The notes below the pieces were generated by a model. The model had not been told where the DNA came from. It did no database searches and saw nothing but the letters and a program-made list of their open reading frames with translations. Of a stretch of DNA of 58,049 bases, positions 50,582 through 58,049 are shown one piece after another (the stretch's first letter is position 1; each line of letters begins with the position of its first letter). Both the position numbers and the translations under genes were made by a program. Source of the stretch: a virus; IMG/VR virus record IMGVR_UViG_3300045988_088962; one strand, 5' to 3'.

Positions 50582-50749
50582 ATGGGTAAGTATGTGAAGC
50601 GAGAAAATGTCTTAAAAAAGCTAAAAGATGTATCAAAATTGGCAGACGGAAAATCTGGCAAAGCGGTGATTGCGTTACTTAGAGCATCTTTGGAGAACAT
50701 TCCTTACATTGTGGTTGAAGAAGGAATTAAGCAAAACGATAAAAACTAA
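50582..50749 (+). CDS. Small hypothetical protein (55 aa).
   Basis: AAGGAG RBS. It is below the ORF-track cutoff. Confidence 0.45.
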   Translation: MGKYVKRENVLKKLKDVSKLADGKSGKAVIALLRASLENIPYIVVEEGIKQNDKN

Positions 50750-50816
50750 GTTCTAAAGTTAAAATAGAAGAACCCCTGTGTAGCCACAACGACCGCACAG
50801 GGGAGAAAGGAATAAT

Positions 50817-51086
50817 ATGAGCGAAAAAGCAAGAATGTACATAAAATGTTGCCTAGAGAGAAACAAAAGAATTATATATCACGATTTATTGTTTCTTTTG
50901 TTTTCTGCGTTGATTGAGGGATATTTTATTCGTCAATTCATATTTGAAAATCATTCGTTTGTTTATATTGTGCTTATTATGCTGGATGCTTTTCTCGCAT
51001 TCAATGTAGCAAAAGAGCTATCCGAATTTGAAAAAGAATCTGAAATCTTAAAAAATATATTAGAAAAAGGTGATGAAAAGTGCTAA
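50817..51086 (+). CDS. Two-TM membrane protein (AT-rich cassette).
   Basis: LLFLLFSALIEGYFI and FVYIVLIMLDAFLAF are the TM segments. AAAGGAATAAT lies before the ATG. Confidence 0.55.
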   Translation: MSEKARMYIKCCLERNKRIIYHDLLFLLFSALIEGYFIRQFIFENHSFVYIVLIMLDAFLAFNVAKELSEFEKESEILKNILEKGDEKC

Positions 51087-51186
51087 TATATGTTTTTGTA
51101 GGAATATGTTGTATAGGGATGTTTATTTGCGTGAGTTCTTTTTTGCAGAGCCATTTGACAACGAGGGCGGAAAAGAATATGCAATA

Positions 51187-51543
51187 ATGGCTGTTGCGGG
51201 GATTGTTTTAACAATACTTGGCGTTGTTCTGATGATAGCAAACGTAGAATACAATTCGTCCCATCCTATCGTATCGAATTATGATTTACAAGAAATCGAA
51301 CCGGGAATATATGCCTATACATCGACTGTCGTTTCAAATATTCCAGCGGAAAATTATGAAATGTGTACAGTTTTAATAAATGGGCAGTACATTACAATTA
51401 AAGGAACCGTAAAAATAGCGAAATCGGATGGAAGCACTCCTAAAATAAAATGGGAAAACAGGCGCATAGTCAACGGAGATACTGTTACGATTTATGCTGA
51501 TATAAACCAAATAAAAAATAATGGCGTAAGAGCCATATCTTAA
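51187..51543 (+). CDS. Signal-anchored beta-rich protein (AT-rich cassette). The ORF is open from 51070.
   Basis: MAVAGIVLTILGVVLMIANV is followed by a soluble domain. The start is uncertain. Confidence 0.5.
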   Translation: MAVAGIVLTILGVVLMIANVEYNSSHPIVSNYDLQEIEPGIYAYTSTVVSNIPAENYEMCTVLINGQYITIKGTVKIAKSDGSTPKIKWENRRIVNGDTVTIYADINQIKNNGVRAIS

Positions 51544-51553
51544 CGAGGGCTTT

Positions 51554-51736
51554 ATGGAAGAGTATAAAGATAGTATTGCGATTATTGAAGAAAACGAAAT
51601 CGAAAAACGAAAGTCTGAATATGGAAATCGCTTTTGTAAAATAACTAAAGAAATGATAGAAAGTTTAGTAAACGAGAAAATTCTAATGATAAATAACGGA
51701 GAATATTGTACTTTTTTAAAATATTTCCAAGATTAA
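51554..51736 (+). CDS. Small hypothetical protein (AT-rich cassette).
   Basis: 60 aa, immediately followed by a terminator. Confidence 0.45.
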   Translation: MEEYKDSIAIIEENEIEKRKSEYGNRFCKITKEMIESLVNEKILMINNGEYCTFLKYFQD

Positions 51737-51741
51737 ACAAA

Positions 51742-51781
51742 CCCCTGTGCGGTCATTACAACTGCACAGGGGTTTTCTGTT
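51742..51781. terminator. Bidirectional terminator between convergent operons.
   Basis: CCCCTGTGC-13 nt-GCACAGGGG followed by TTTTCTGTTTT, with an A-rich tract upstream. Confidence 0.75.
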
Positions 51782-52420
51782 TTACTTATCAGCAATGCAA
51801 TCCCAGTAGAGATACGCCTTACCATCTACGGCATCTGCGTCCTCAAGAAACGCCTTTGCCATGTCAGCGTAGAAGCCCGGAGTGTCAACAGACTGGCGCT
51901 TTGCGACCTGACAATAATCCGAGTACATCATGTTCATGACAGCCCAGAAATCGTTCGGGTCGCAGGTGATGTTGCGCTGTTTGGCAACATCCTGTGTCTG
52001 CTCCAGCGTCCAATGACAACCCTTCGTGCCGTCAGCGTTCACCATGCTGTCGCACCATTCCTCCGCTTCATCGTGGGTGAGGTGCTGGCGTGGCATCTTG
52101 ATGGAGCGGCTGTCCGCACCACCATGCTCATAATGCCCAGACCGCTTGTCCCAGTCTTCGCTCTGCGAGAAGCCAATCTGCGGCATCTTGCGCCCATACT
52201 CTACGTCAGGGTAGCGGGGGATAGGGTAGGGGTCAATGTAGCGATTCTCCTCCTGCGGATAGTAAGGATAACGGTCGTTGCCGTCTTCCAGCTTACGCAG
52301 ACGGCGTTCAAACTCACGCTCCCTGCGATCGCGCTCTTCCTCAAGGCGGTCACGTTCCGGCTCACGGTCTTTGTCGTGGTCACGGAGCATCATCATGCGG
52401 CGAAAATTAGTCTTGCCCAT
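51782..52420 (-). CDS. Hypothetical protein with an R/E/D-rich N-terminal half (orphan operon gene 6).
   Basis: GAGGAGG RBS. It contains DRLEEERDRREREFERRLRKLED and a C-terminal Cys/Trp-containing domain. Confidence 0.65.
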   Translation of the reverse strand: MGKTNFRRMMMLRDHDKDREPERDRLEEERDRREREFERRLRKLEDGNDRYPYYPQEENRYIDPYPIPRYPDVEYGRKMPQIGFSQSEDWDKRSGHYEHGGADSRSIKMPRQHLTHDEAEEWCDSMVNADGTKGCHWTLEQTQDVAKQRNITCDPNDFWAVMNMMYSDYCQVAKRQSVDTPGFYADMAKAFLEDADAVDGKAYLYWDCIADK

Positions 52421-52433
52421 AATCTATACCTCC

Positions 52434-52805
52434 TCAAGAAATGGACGCAGGCGCACCGGCGTGGGAACGGCAGAAGCAGCCAAGATACTTGAACGTGCCG
52501 GTGCCGGTAGCGGACGTTGCCACACGAGTAGCATATCGGGTGCGGGTGTGAATGCTCTCGGCCGTCGCCTGAGCGCAGTTGCAGTCGGTCAGAGGGTATG
52601 CGGTCGTGCCTGCACCGATGGTAATGACCACAGGGGCGTTGATGGTGGTCGTGTCCGGCAAGCTCTGAGCAACCACGATACAATACTTTTCTCCGTTCTG
52701 GTATGCGCCAGCAGGGATGTTGATGGTCAGAGTATCGTCGGCAAACGTGACTGCCTGACTGATGACCAAGTGCGGGCAGAGTTTGCAGCTTGTTTTGCAA
52801 GCCAT
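52434..52805 (-). CDS. Cys-rich hypothetical protein (orphan operon gene 5).
   Basis: TAGGAGG RBS. The N-terminus is MACKTSCKLCPH, and DCNC and GCFC motifs are present. Confidence 0.65.
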   Translation of the reverse strand: MACKTSCKLCPHLVISQAVTFADDTLTINIPAGAYQNGEKYCIVVAQSLPDTTTINAPVVITIGAGTTAYPLTDCNCAQATAESIHTRTRYATRVATSATGTGTFKYLGCFCRSHAGAPASIS

Positions 52806-52890
52806 AGTATTTTCCTCCTAAAAAATCAGGGGCAGAGGTGTCTTACCCCTGCCCCGATGGTTCACCCGGTGTTATCGGGGAGTGTGTAGG

Positions 52891-53763
52891 TTAGCAGCAG
52901 CCGCAGCAGTTCACGCCAACGTTGGGGTTTGCCACCTGATAAGCGGGAATCGGACGAGGATTGACCCGGTTCAGGATGGTATCGGTCTGCTGGGACATCA
53001 CGGTGGTCAGAAGCGCATTCTGACGATCCTGAGAAGCGGCGAACTTCAGGCTCTGGTTCTCAGCGGTCAGAGTGGCAATCTTATCCTGCGTGAAGTAGTC
53101 CATCATGCTGCGGAAGTTGGCGTTGCAGTTGTCCACGATGGCGCGGGCGTTGTCTGCGATGGCCTGCCGGGTAGCGCAGTCCTGCTGTGCAATGGTGTAC
53201 TTCAGGTCGCCGATGAGCTGCTTGTTCTCGCAGCAGAAAGATGCAAGCTGCGTGGCAAGTGCGGTCTGACCAGCCTGACGTGCGTTGCCCTCCTGCATGA
53301 TGGCGAGGCTGATGGCGTTGTCGCCGTTGGACACGCTGCGTTCCAGACCGTTCACAAGCTGTGCGTTCTGGTAGCCGAGCTGACAGATCGCCTGATTAGT
53401 ACCAGCAAAGCCGCCCGCAACGGCAGCGTTGAGGGTGTTCATCTGTGCAAGCTGGTCATAGCCCAGAGAGCAGATACCGCTTTGGATGCCAGCCAGAGAG
53501 CGAGAGGTGTCCTGCTGGTAGAAGCCCTCAGACAAAGCCGCACGAGTATCTGCGCCGCCCTGACCGGTTGCACCGGTGCCCACCAGATAGGGGATGTAGC
53601 TGTTCATGCCGTTGTCACCACCGTTCCGACCGTAGCCGTTTGTGCCCCAGCCGAAGATGATAGCGAGAATGATAACCGCCCACAGACCCTCGTTTCCGAA
53701 GAATCCGCCGTTGTTATTACCGCCGTCCTGCCCAGCCAGATAGCCAGTTGCAAAATCGTCCAT
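52891..53763 (-). CDS. Gly/Asn-rich single-TM protein with a C-terminal CCGCC (orphan operon gene 4).
   Basis: AAGGAG RBS. It has GGNNNGGFFGNEGLWAVIILAIIFGWG, a duplicated ICxLGYxxxQxxN motif, and ends NVGVNCCGCC. Confidence 0.7.
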   Translation of the reverse strand: MDDFATGYLAGQDGGNNNGGFFGNEGLWAVIILAIIFGWGTNGYGRNGGDNGMNSYIPYLVGTGATGQGGADTRAALSEGFYQQDTSRSLAGIQSGICSLGYDQLAQMNTLNAAVAGGFAGTNQAICQLGYQNAQLVNGLERSVSNGDNAISLAIMQEGNARQAGQTALATQLASFCCENKQLIGDLKYTIAQQDCATRQAIADNARAIVDNCNANFRSMMDYFTQDKIATLTAENQSLKFAASQDRQNALLTTVMSQQTDTILNRVNPRPIPAYQVANPNVGVNCCGCC

Positions 53764-53885
53764 AACAAAACTCCTTTCAGTTTTGCGTTATGCTATCCCA
53801 CCGCCGTGTGCGGTGGGCGAAGCCAAACAAAAGCGGTTTTTGTCAAGTCCGCAAAACTGAGAAGCGTTTCGCTTAGAGGGATGCG

Positions 53886-54035
53886 TTATTCAGCATTATC
53901 TTCATTTGGATTTCGAGCAAGCCAAAAGATGATGGCGAGAAGCATCAGCCCAGATTTGTCATTTCCGTCAAAGATATTTTTTTCGAAGTTTTTTTCAATA
54001 TTTTCTTCAGGGGAAACAGACTTTGATTCTTCCAT
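53886..54035 (-). CDS. 49-aa single-TM peptide (orphan operon gene 3).
   Basis: Sequence MEESKSVSPEENIEKNFEKNIFDGNDKSGLMLLAIIFWLARNPNEDNAE. It is below the ORF-track cutoff. Confidence 0.4.
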   Translation of the reverse strand: MEESKSVSPEENIEKNFEKNIFDGNDKSGLMLLAIIFWLARNPNEDNAE

Positions 54036-54046
54036 ACAAACCACCG

Positions 54047-54298
54047 TTATTTGGGCAGTGTCAGGTTCAGGACGCTTGCGAGCTGGTTCAGGTCAATGCC
54101 ACGCTCTTTGGCGAGGTTCTGTGCCATTGTCCTGAGCTGTGCTTCGTTTTTGCCCTGAATCAAGTTCAAGCCCTGCATGATGGGGGTATTCTGCCCGCTT
54201 AACTGCTGGATAAGCCCCATCGGGTTTTGCCCGGCGCGAGCCAGATTTGCAAGCTGCATGATTGGGCTGTGAGTAATCACATCAAACGGAGAGGACAT
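54047..54298 (-). CDS. Hypothetical protein (orphan operon gene 2).
   Basis: 83 aa with an AAAGGAGAATAACA RBS. Confidence 0.6.
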   Translation of the reverse strand: MSSPFDVITHSPIMQLANLARAGQNPMGLIQQLSGQNTPIMQGLNLIQGKNEAQLRTMAQNLAKERGIDLNQLASVLNLTLPK

Positions 54299-54300
54299 TG

Positions 54301-54819
54301 TTATTCTCCTTTCTTTGCTGTGGCAGTAGGCTTAGAAAAGCTCTTCTGCCACTTTTCCAGTTCATCCAGCCGGTGCACGAGGGCATTGTACTGCTCAATA
54401 GGCACATACTGCTGTGTCGGTGCAGCGGTCTGCTGTGCCTGTTGTGCTTGCATCTGCCGCCATGCTTCCGGACTGTAGAACTCCTGCACATAGGATTCGC
54501 AGGTGTCCGGGTTGAGACGTTTGCAGTAGATCACGCCGCTGCGCAGGTCGGGGCAGTAGGTAGGTCTGCCGTACAGGTCAGACGGTATCGCCAAAAACTC
54601 TTCCCTGCTGGAAACAGGTCTGCCCAGCAGCCAACCGCCATCCTGTGCCGACTGCTGAACAGGCTGCTGCCCATTCATCGGCTGCGGACGCTGCGGTTGT
54701 GCCTGTTGCATCTGCGTGTTCGGCAGAGGAGTTGCAAGCCCGACCGTGCCCATGCCGCCGTAAGGGTTGACAGGCTGCTGCGGAACGTAGGGCGTTCCGG
54801 ATGCCGGATAATAGCTCAT
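54301..54819 (-). CDS. Gln/Pro-rich hypothetical protein (orphan operon gene 1).
   Basis: AAGGAGGG lies before the ATG at 54819. The N-terminal 60 aa are P/Q-rich. Confidence 0.65.
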   Translation of the reverse strand: MSYYPASGTPYVPQQPVNPYGGMGTVGLATPLPNTQMQQAQPQRPQPMNGQQPVQQSAQDGGWLLGRPVSSREEFLAIPSDLYGRPTYCPDLRSGVIYCKRLNPDTCESYVQEFYSPEAWRQMQAQQAQQTAAPTQQYVPIEQYNALVHRLDELEKWQKSFSKPTATAKKGE

Positions 54820-54891
54820 AATACATCCCTCCTTGTGCATCTAGTGTACCGCATCAGCAAAAAGTGAAAGACAACGAAGGCACAACGAAGG

Positions 54892-54936
54892 ACAAAAAAG
54901 AAAAGCGCCCACACGGAAAAATCCGCATGAGCGCTT
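54892..54936 (-). terminator. Strong rho-independent terminator (T2) just upstream of the orphan operon.
   Basis: It has a 15-bp stem. Three C:A/A:C mismatches on the plus strand become G:U pairs only in the minus-strand RNA. UUCUUUUUU follows. Confidence 0.7.
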
Positions 54937-55020
54937 AACTGTAAGGATACACACGTTGGAGTGCAATGCTAAGATATCACATCATCCAATATATGGCAAT
55001 GCTTTCGACAAAACTGGTAA

Positions 55021-55059
55021 GAATAAAACAAAATCCACCAGCCTAAAAGCTGATGGATT
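55021..55059 (-). terminator. Rho-independent terminator (T1) within the leader / sRNA region.
   Basis: AAUCCAUCAGC-uuuuag-GCUGGUGGAUU has its single odd pair as G:U only on the minus strand. UUUGUUUUAUUC follows. Confidence 0.65.
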
Positions 55060-55263
55060 ATAAGCGAGCGAGTAATCGCCCTGCCACCGAAGCGGCAAAA
55101 TTGCGTCTCCCGCATGGTACGCACTGTAAGTAGGCGGGTGGGAGACTGTTCAGCGCCGAATCTGGCGACTGCTTTTTTAATTCTCCGTTGAGCACGGAGT
55201 TGGCTCTTGGATGCCCCGGCCTAATGCGAATCGTTGAGAGGCCGGTCGGGTTTCCTTGGGTAT

Positions 55264-55272
55264 ATTATACCA
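55264..55272 (-). promoter_or_regulatory. Extended -10 promoter element (TGGTATAAT) on the minus strand.
   Basis: It was read on the reverse complement. It lies just downstream of the 55286-55321 terminator. The -35 element is weak. Confidence 0.4.
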
Positions 55273-55285
55273 CAAATCGTGTAAA

Positions 55286-55321
55286 AAGAAAAGCGGCAGA
55301 CCCGAAAGCCTGCCGCTTTTG
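55286..55321. terminator. Bidirectional terminator after the HTH/sigma-like ORF.
   Basis: AAAAGCGGCAG-10 nt-CTGCCGCTTTT. Confidence 0.7.
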
Positions 55322-55369
55322 GATAACCAGAGCAAAAACTCCGACTAATCCCTAGACAAGATTAGTATA

Positions 55370-55759
55370 TCACGCATTCAGCATTTTATCAATAATTTTT
55401 AGCCTATTGCTGATTGATGTCCGACAATACGGCACACGCGCTGCAATATCAACTTGGCATAGCTGGTCAACGTACCGCAACCGGGCGATTTTCCGGTCAT
55501 ACCTCCCAAGCGGCGCACGTTTTATCACAGCTTTTATCTGTTCTGCATTAAGCCCTTGCAACGCTGGCGGAAAGACTATGCGAGCCGCCGCCACAGGCAG
55601 CACCGAGCCAGAAGGGCTGCGGCAGCTGTCCGGCGTTGCGCACCATATTGTTAAGCACGGCGAAATGGTGATGCTCACGACATTTGTTTCGAGAGCATAC
55701 CATTTTCGTGACGCGCCGAAATTGCTCTTGTGCGGCGTACATTTTGTTGACGCCAACAA
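55370..55759 (-). CDS. Sigma-70 region-4 / ArpU-like HTH ORF. The start is undefined and it may be fused to 55548..55823 by a +1 shift.
   Basis: Its C-terminal 65 aa are LNAEQIKAVIKRAPLGRYDRKIARLRYVDQLCQVDIAARVPYCRTSISNRLKIIDKML. No in-frame start has an RBS. Confidence 0.4.
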   Translation of the reverse strand: MLASTKCTPHKSNFGASRKWYALETNVVSITISPCLTIWCATPDSCRSPSGSVLPVAAARIVFPPALQGLNAEQIKAVIKRAPLGRYDRKIARLRYVDQLCQVDIAARVPYCRTSISNRLKIIDKMLNA

Positions 55760-55823
55760 AATGGTGACGTTTTGTCACCGTTTCGCCATAACCGGCAAAA
55801 TGGTCGTATGTAGTGCTTGCCAT
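55548..55823 (-). CDS. His-rich ORF with a strong RBS that overlaps the sigma-like ORF in another frame.
   Basis: AAGGAGGATATC lies before the ATG at 55823. The peptide has three HHF..N.MV repeats that coincide with DNA inverted repeats. Confidence 0.4.
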   Translation of the reverse strand: MASTTYDHFAGYGETVTKRHHFVGVNKMYAAQEQFRRVTKMVCSRNKCREHHHFAVLNNMVRNAGQLPQPFWLGAACGGGSHSLSASVARA

Positions 55824-55833
55824 GATATCCTCC

Positions 55834-56049
55834 TTATTGCGTGATTTCCTCCGCGTCCTCCGCGTCCAGAGCGTCGTAGTACGCCTGCGCAAGGGCTTCC
55901 ACCTCTGCAATGTCGTCCTCCGTCAGCAGTCCGTTGTCGTAGTGCATATATGCTTTATCCAGCCAGAACGCAACATCGCGTCCTGCTGCAATTTCCCGCT
56001 TGATGCTGCGCAGCGTCAGGTCATGCCTGGCTCTACTTTTAATTGCCAT
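55834..56049 (-). CDS. Small acidic protein downstream of the collagen-like fibre gene.
   Basis: 71 aa with an AAGGAGG RBS. Confidence 0.6.
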   Translation of the reverse strand: MAIKSRARHDLTLRSIKREIAAGRDVAFWLDKAYMHYDNGLLTEDDIAEVEALAQAYYDALDAEDAEEITQ

Positions 56050-56063
56050 ATGTATGTACCTCC

Positions 56064-57920
56064 TTATGTGTTGGTCATTGATGCCACAGCATCCTCAAGG
56101 TCCGTAATTCGTTTGATGGGGTCTGCTCTGCCGGTGACGGTCGCACTATCAGCATCGGTCATCAAGGTGTTCACGCCGCTCAGAGAAGAGATAGGCTGTG
56201 CGCCGGTTGCGGTGAAAGGCACAGGCTCTGCCAGCTTGTAAGCGATTTGCACCGGGGTTCCGGCGGCGTACTGGGCGGCAAGGTAGGATTTTAAGTCGTC
56301 AACGGTATCAAAACCGCACGTGTGTAATCCAACGTTAACGTTTCTATTTTCAGCGTATAGGGCGTTAGTGTTTGCTGTTTTTGTGCCGCTCCAATGGCTT
56401 GCCACTACCGTGCTAGTAGGCACGGATACTGGCAGCACTAAGTTGATTTCAAATAAATCAAACCTATCTCGCTTGTATATCCTCTCCGTTCCCGTCAGCG
56501 TCAGCAAATCCCACGTCTCCTGCCCATCTCCCGTCACTGCATCCACCGTGCCGCCGTAGATGGTGCGGGGCAGGGTCAGGGTGGAGGTTTGGCCGGTGTA
56601 AGGGGCGTAGGCGGTAGGGGCGGTGGTGCCAACGATGAGCATTGGATTTGTTCCAATAAACCCTTCTGTGCTTGAGTGAAGTAGCAAGGAACGTGCTTTT
56701 TCTGGAATTTTCGTTGGGGCGTTATAGAATAGTGCTGTGTCAGACAAATATTTATTGTCACCAGTTAAAAATGTTGCACGTGCATTAAGATTGATACTGT
56801 AAAACGTAGTAAAAATCAGATACTGTCCCGGCTCTATTTTGATTGGCTGCAAAGCTCTTTGTTGCCGTCCTATTCCGTCAACTTTTTCCCCATTTTCATA
56901 AATACCATTTTCAATGTTTTCAGGTGACGAGTTCAGTAGGTTCTCCCCGCACCTTGTCACCATCACGCTGTTCCTGCCCTTAATTGGGCGAACATTGTCA
57001 GGTGATGGGTCACCGCTGCCATCCTGCACAGGTTCCCAACTCACCTTACAGCCCAACGGATATCCCGCCACAGGATAGCACACCATTGGGTTGCCGGTCT
57101 CAGAGATGGGCGGGCAGAGCATGTCCACAATGTGCTTGCTACTCCATGGGGCAGAGTCGGTCACGGTGGTGTCATCAATTTGCGGGGCATCTTTGCCGTC
57201 TGCACCTGCTGGGCCGGGGTCGCCTTTAGGCCCTTGCTCACCACGAGGACCAGTTTCACCCTGTGGGCCAGTGGCACCCGTATCGCCTGTGGGGCCTTGA
57301 GGGCCTTGCTCACCCTGCGGGCCAACCGGGCCGATGGGACCAGTGTCGCCCTTGTCGCCTTTCTCGCCTTTGAAGTTACCAGCGGCAATGCCGTCTTTCA
57401 GCTCCTGTAAGCTGTCAGCGGCTTCCTGAGCGCTCTGGGCTGCATTGCCCGCACTGGTGGCTGCTTCACTGGCGGCAGTCTGTGCATCGGTCTTGGCCTG
57501 CTCTGCGGCGGTGGCATCGGTGTGAACGGCCCCCACCAGCTCCTGCCAGGCAGGTGTGCCGGGCTCCGGCATGCTGCCGTCATCCGTGCCGGAGTTGGCG
57601 GCCACACGGTAGCGCAGATCTGCACTTGTCACGGTGCGGGTGCCATCGCTGCCCTCAAAGGTGATACAGCCATTGCCGGGCTGTGCGGTCACGCTGGCAG
57701 GCACGGCCACATAGCCGTCCACTACCAGCGAGGACGCCGGGTCCTTGCCGTCCGGGACGTGCCAGAAAGCCCGGATGGTCAGGCCTTCCCACTCACCGGT
57801 TGCATCGATGTGCAGGCGGTACACGCCCCGGTTTTTGGTGTAGCCAAAGCGCACCAGCTGCTCATAGCCCGGCACTTTGACGACGCCATTGGATGCGAGA
57901 GATACGCTTAGCTCGATCAT
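56064..57920 (-). CDS. Collagen-repeat tail fibre protein (second fibre gene).
   Basis: Its G-X-Y run is [58 protein letters not shown]. It has a phage-fibre-like N-domain. The start lies 4 nt after the holin stop. Confidence 0.8.
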   Translation of the reverse strand: MIELSVSLASNGVVKVPGYEQLVRFGYTKNRGVYRLHIDATGEWEGLTIRAFWHVPDGKDPASSLVVDGYVAVPASVTAQPGNGCITFEGSDGTRTVTSADLRYRVAANSGTDDGSMPEPGTPAWQELVGAVHTDATAAEQAKTDAQTAASEAATSAGNAAQSAQEAADSLQELKDGIAAGNFKGEKGDKGDTGPIGPVGPQGEQGPQGPTGDTGATGPQGETGPRGEQGPKGDPGPAGADGKDAPQIDDTTVTDSAPWSSKHIVDMLCPPISETGNPMVCYPVAGYPLGCKVSWEPVQDGSGDPSPDNVRPIKGRNSVMVTRCGENLLNSSPENIENGIYENGEKVDGIGRQQRALQPIKIEPGQYLIFTTFYSINLNARATFLTGDNKYLSDTALFYNAPTKIPEKARSLLLHSSTEGFIGTNPMLIVGTTAPTAYAPYTGQTSTLTLPRTIYGGTVDAVTGDGQETWDLLTLTGTERIYKRDRFDLFEINLVLPVSVPTSTVVASHWSGTKTANTNALYAENRNVNVGLHTCGFDTVDDLKSYLAAQYAAGTPVQIAYKLAEPVPFTATGAQPISSLSGVNTLMTDADSATVTGRADPIKRITDLEDAVASMTNT

Positions 57921-57923
57921 GCT

Positions 57924-58049
57924 TTACTCCTTGTTGATGGTAGGCTTCTTTTCTGCCAGTGCCTTCTTCATCAGGCTTACGGCCTTTTCAATCACCGCGT
58001 CAAGCACTTCATCCGTGATGATAGGCTTCAGCCATGCAGGGCAGGCCGC
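57924..58049 (-). CDS. Holin 3' part (the same gene as 1..299, continued across the circular junction).
   Basis: The frame continues ...SLMKKALAEKKPTINKE then TAA at 57924-57926. Confidence 0.7.
   Translation of the reverse strand, partial: AACPAWLKPIITDEVLDAVIEKAVSLMKKALAEKKPTINKE
57961..58049. repeat. Terminal direct repeat, right copy (identical to 1-89).
   Basis: Exact 89-nt identity with the first 89 bases of the window. Confidence 0.95.

Noticed and set aside
52882-54135. A 417-aa plus-strand ORF.
   Set aside because: It is antisense to three minus-strand genes that each have AGGAGG-type RBSs. Its composition is typical of a shadow frame (L/V/A/R-rich) and it has no start context.
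54969-55115. A roughly 48-codon minus-strand ORF inside the leader region.
   Set aside because: It has no RBS and runs straight through terminator T1. The translation is rich in Cys, Trp and aromatic residues, typical of a chance frame.
56064-57920. The collagen-repeat protein as a BclA-like exosporium protein, linked to the Cys-rich operon.
   Set aside because: Its N-terminal domain and its position directly in the late operon (4 nt after the holin stop) fit a phage fibre. Collagen-like repeats are common in prophage fibres. The link to spore-surface proteins would be pure speculation.

Overview
The window is a complete, circularly closed phage genome. Bases 1-89 are identical to 57961-58049, and an ORF reads in frame across the junction, so the unique length is 57,960 bp. 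The gene content is that of a temperate siphovirus of a Gram-positive, Firmicutes/Clostridia-like host: AGGAGG-type RBSs, GH25 endolysin, XkdX-like peptide, RecU, ERF+SSB.

Minus-strand late module, read from 19893 down through 1 and wrapping to about 55370: TerL, two tRNA-like genes, portal, a DUF4406-like moron, scaffold, decoration-like protein, major capsid, connector/neck proteins, major tail protein, tail chaperone with a clear -1 frameshift, 1372-aa tape measure, Dit/Tal-like proteins, fibre, XkdX-like peptide, endolysin, membrane protein, LL-H-like holin, a second collagen-repeat fibre, and a sigma/ArpU-like region.

Minus-strand early module (43751 down to 28450): Cro-like regulator, Rha/KilAC antirepressor, ERF, SSB, RecU, MazG-like protein, a displaced TerS, Lar, a replisome-organizer-like protein, DnaB-like helicase, many small Zn-ribbon proteins and several DUF551-like paralogs. 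It ends at an iteron-rich origin (27.36-28.26 kb).

I found no integrase. Instead there is a plasmid-type module on the plus strand (45.7-49.3 kb): a Rep_3/RepB-like initiator with 21-23-bp-spaced iterons, a ParA ATPase and an RHH ParG-like protein. There is also a small serine recombinase in an AT-rich island (20.0-21.8 kb). My reading is a phage-plasmid with two replication systems.

The most unusual signals:
- A 210-bp array of 21 tandem 10-bp units (nnaAGCCgaa) lies inside the ORF of the ParG-like gene and looks constrained both as DNA repeat and as coding sequence (candidate intragenic centromere).
- An orphan six-gene minus-strand operon (54819-51782) encodes Cys-rich, Gly/Asn-rich and TM proteins. 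It sits behind a roughly 360-nt structured leader or sRNA region with two G:U-compensated terminators.
- An aberrant tRNA-like gene has a 12-nt anticodon loop and is enclosed by a 13-bp long-range helix.
- One operator motif is shared by two distant consensus promoters.
- A 1-kb AT-rich three-gene cassette is bounded by perfect 13-bp inverted repeats.

All family names are motif-level recognitions made by eye. No database search was run.
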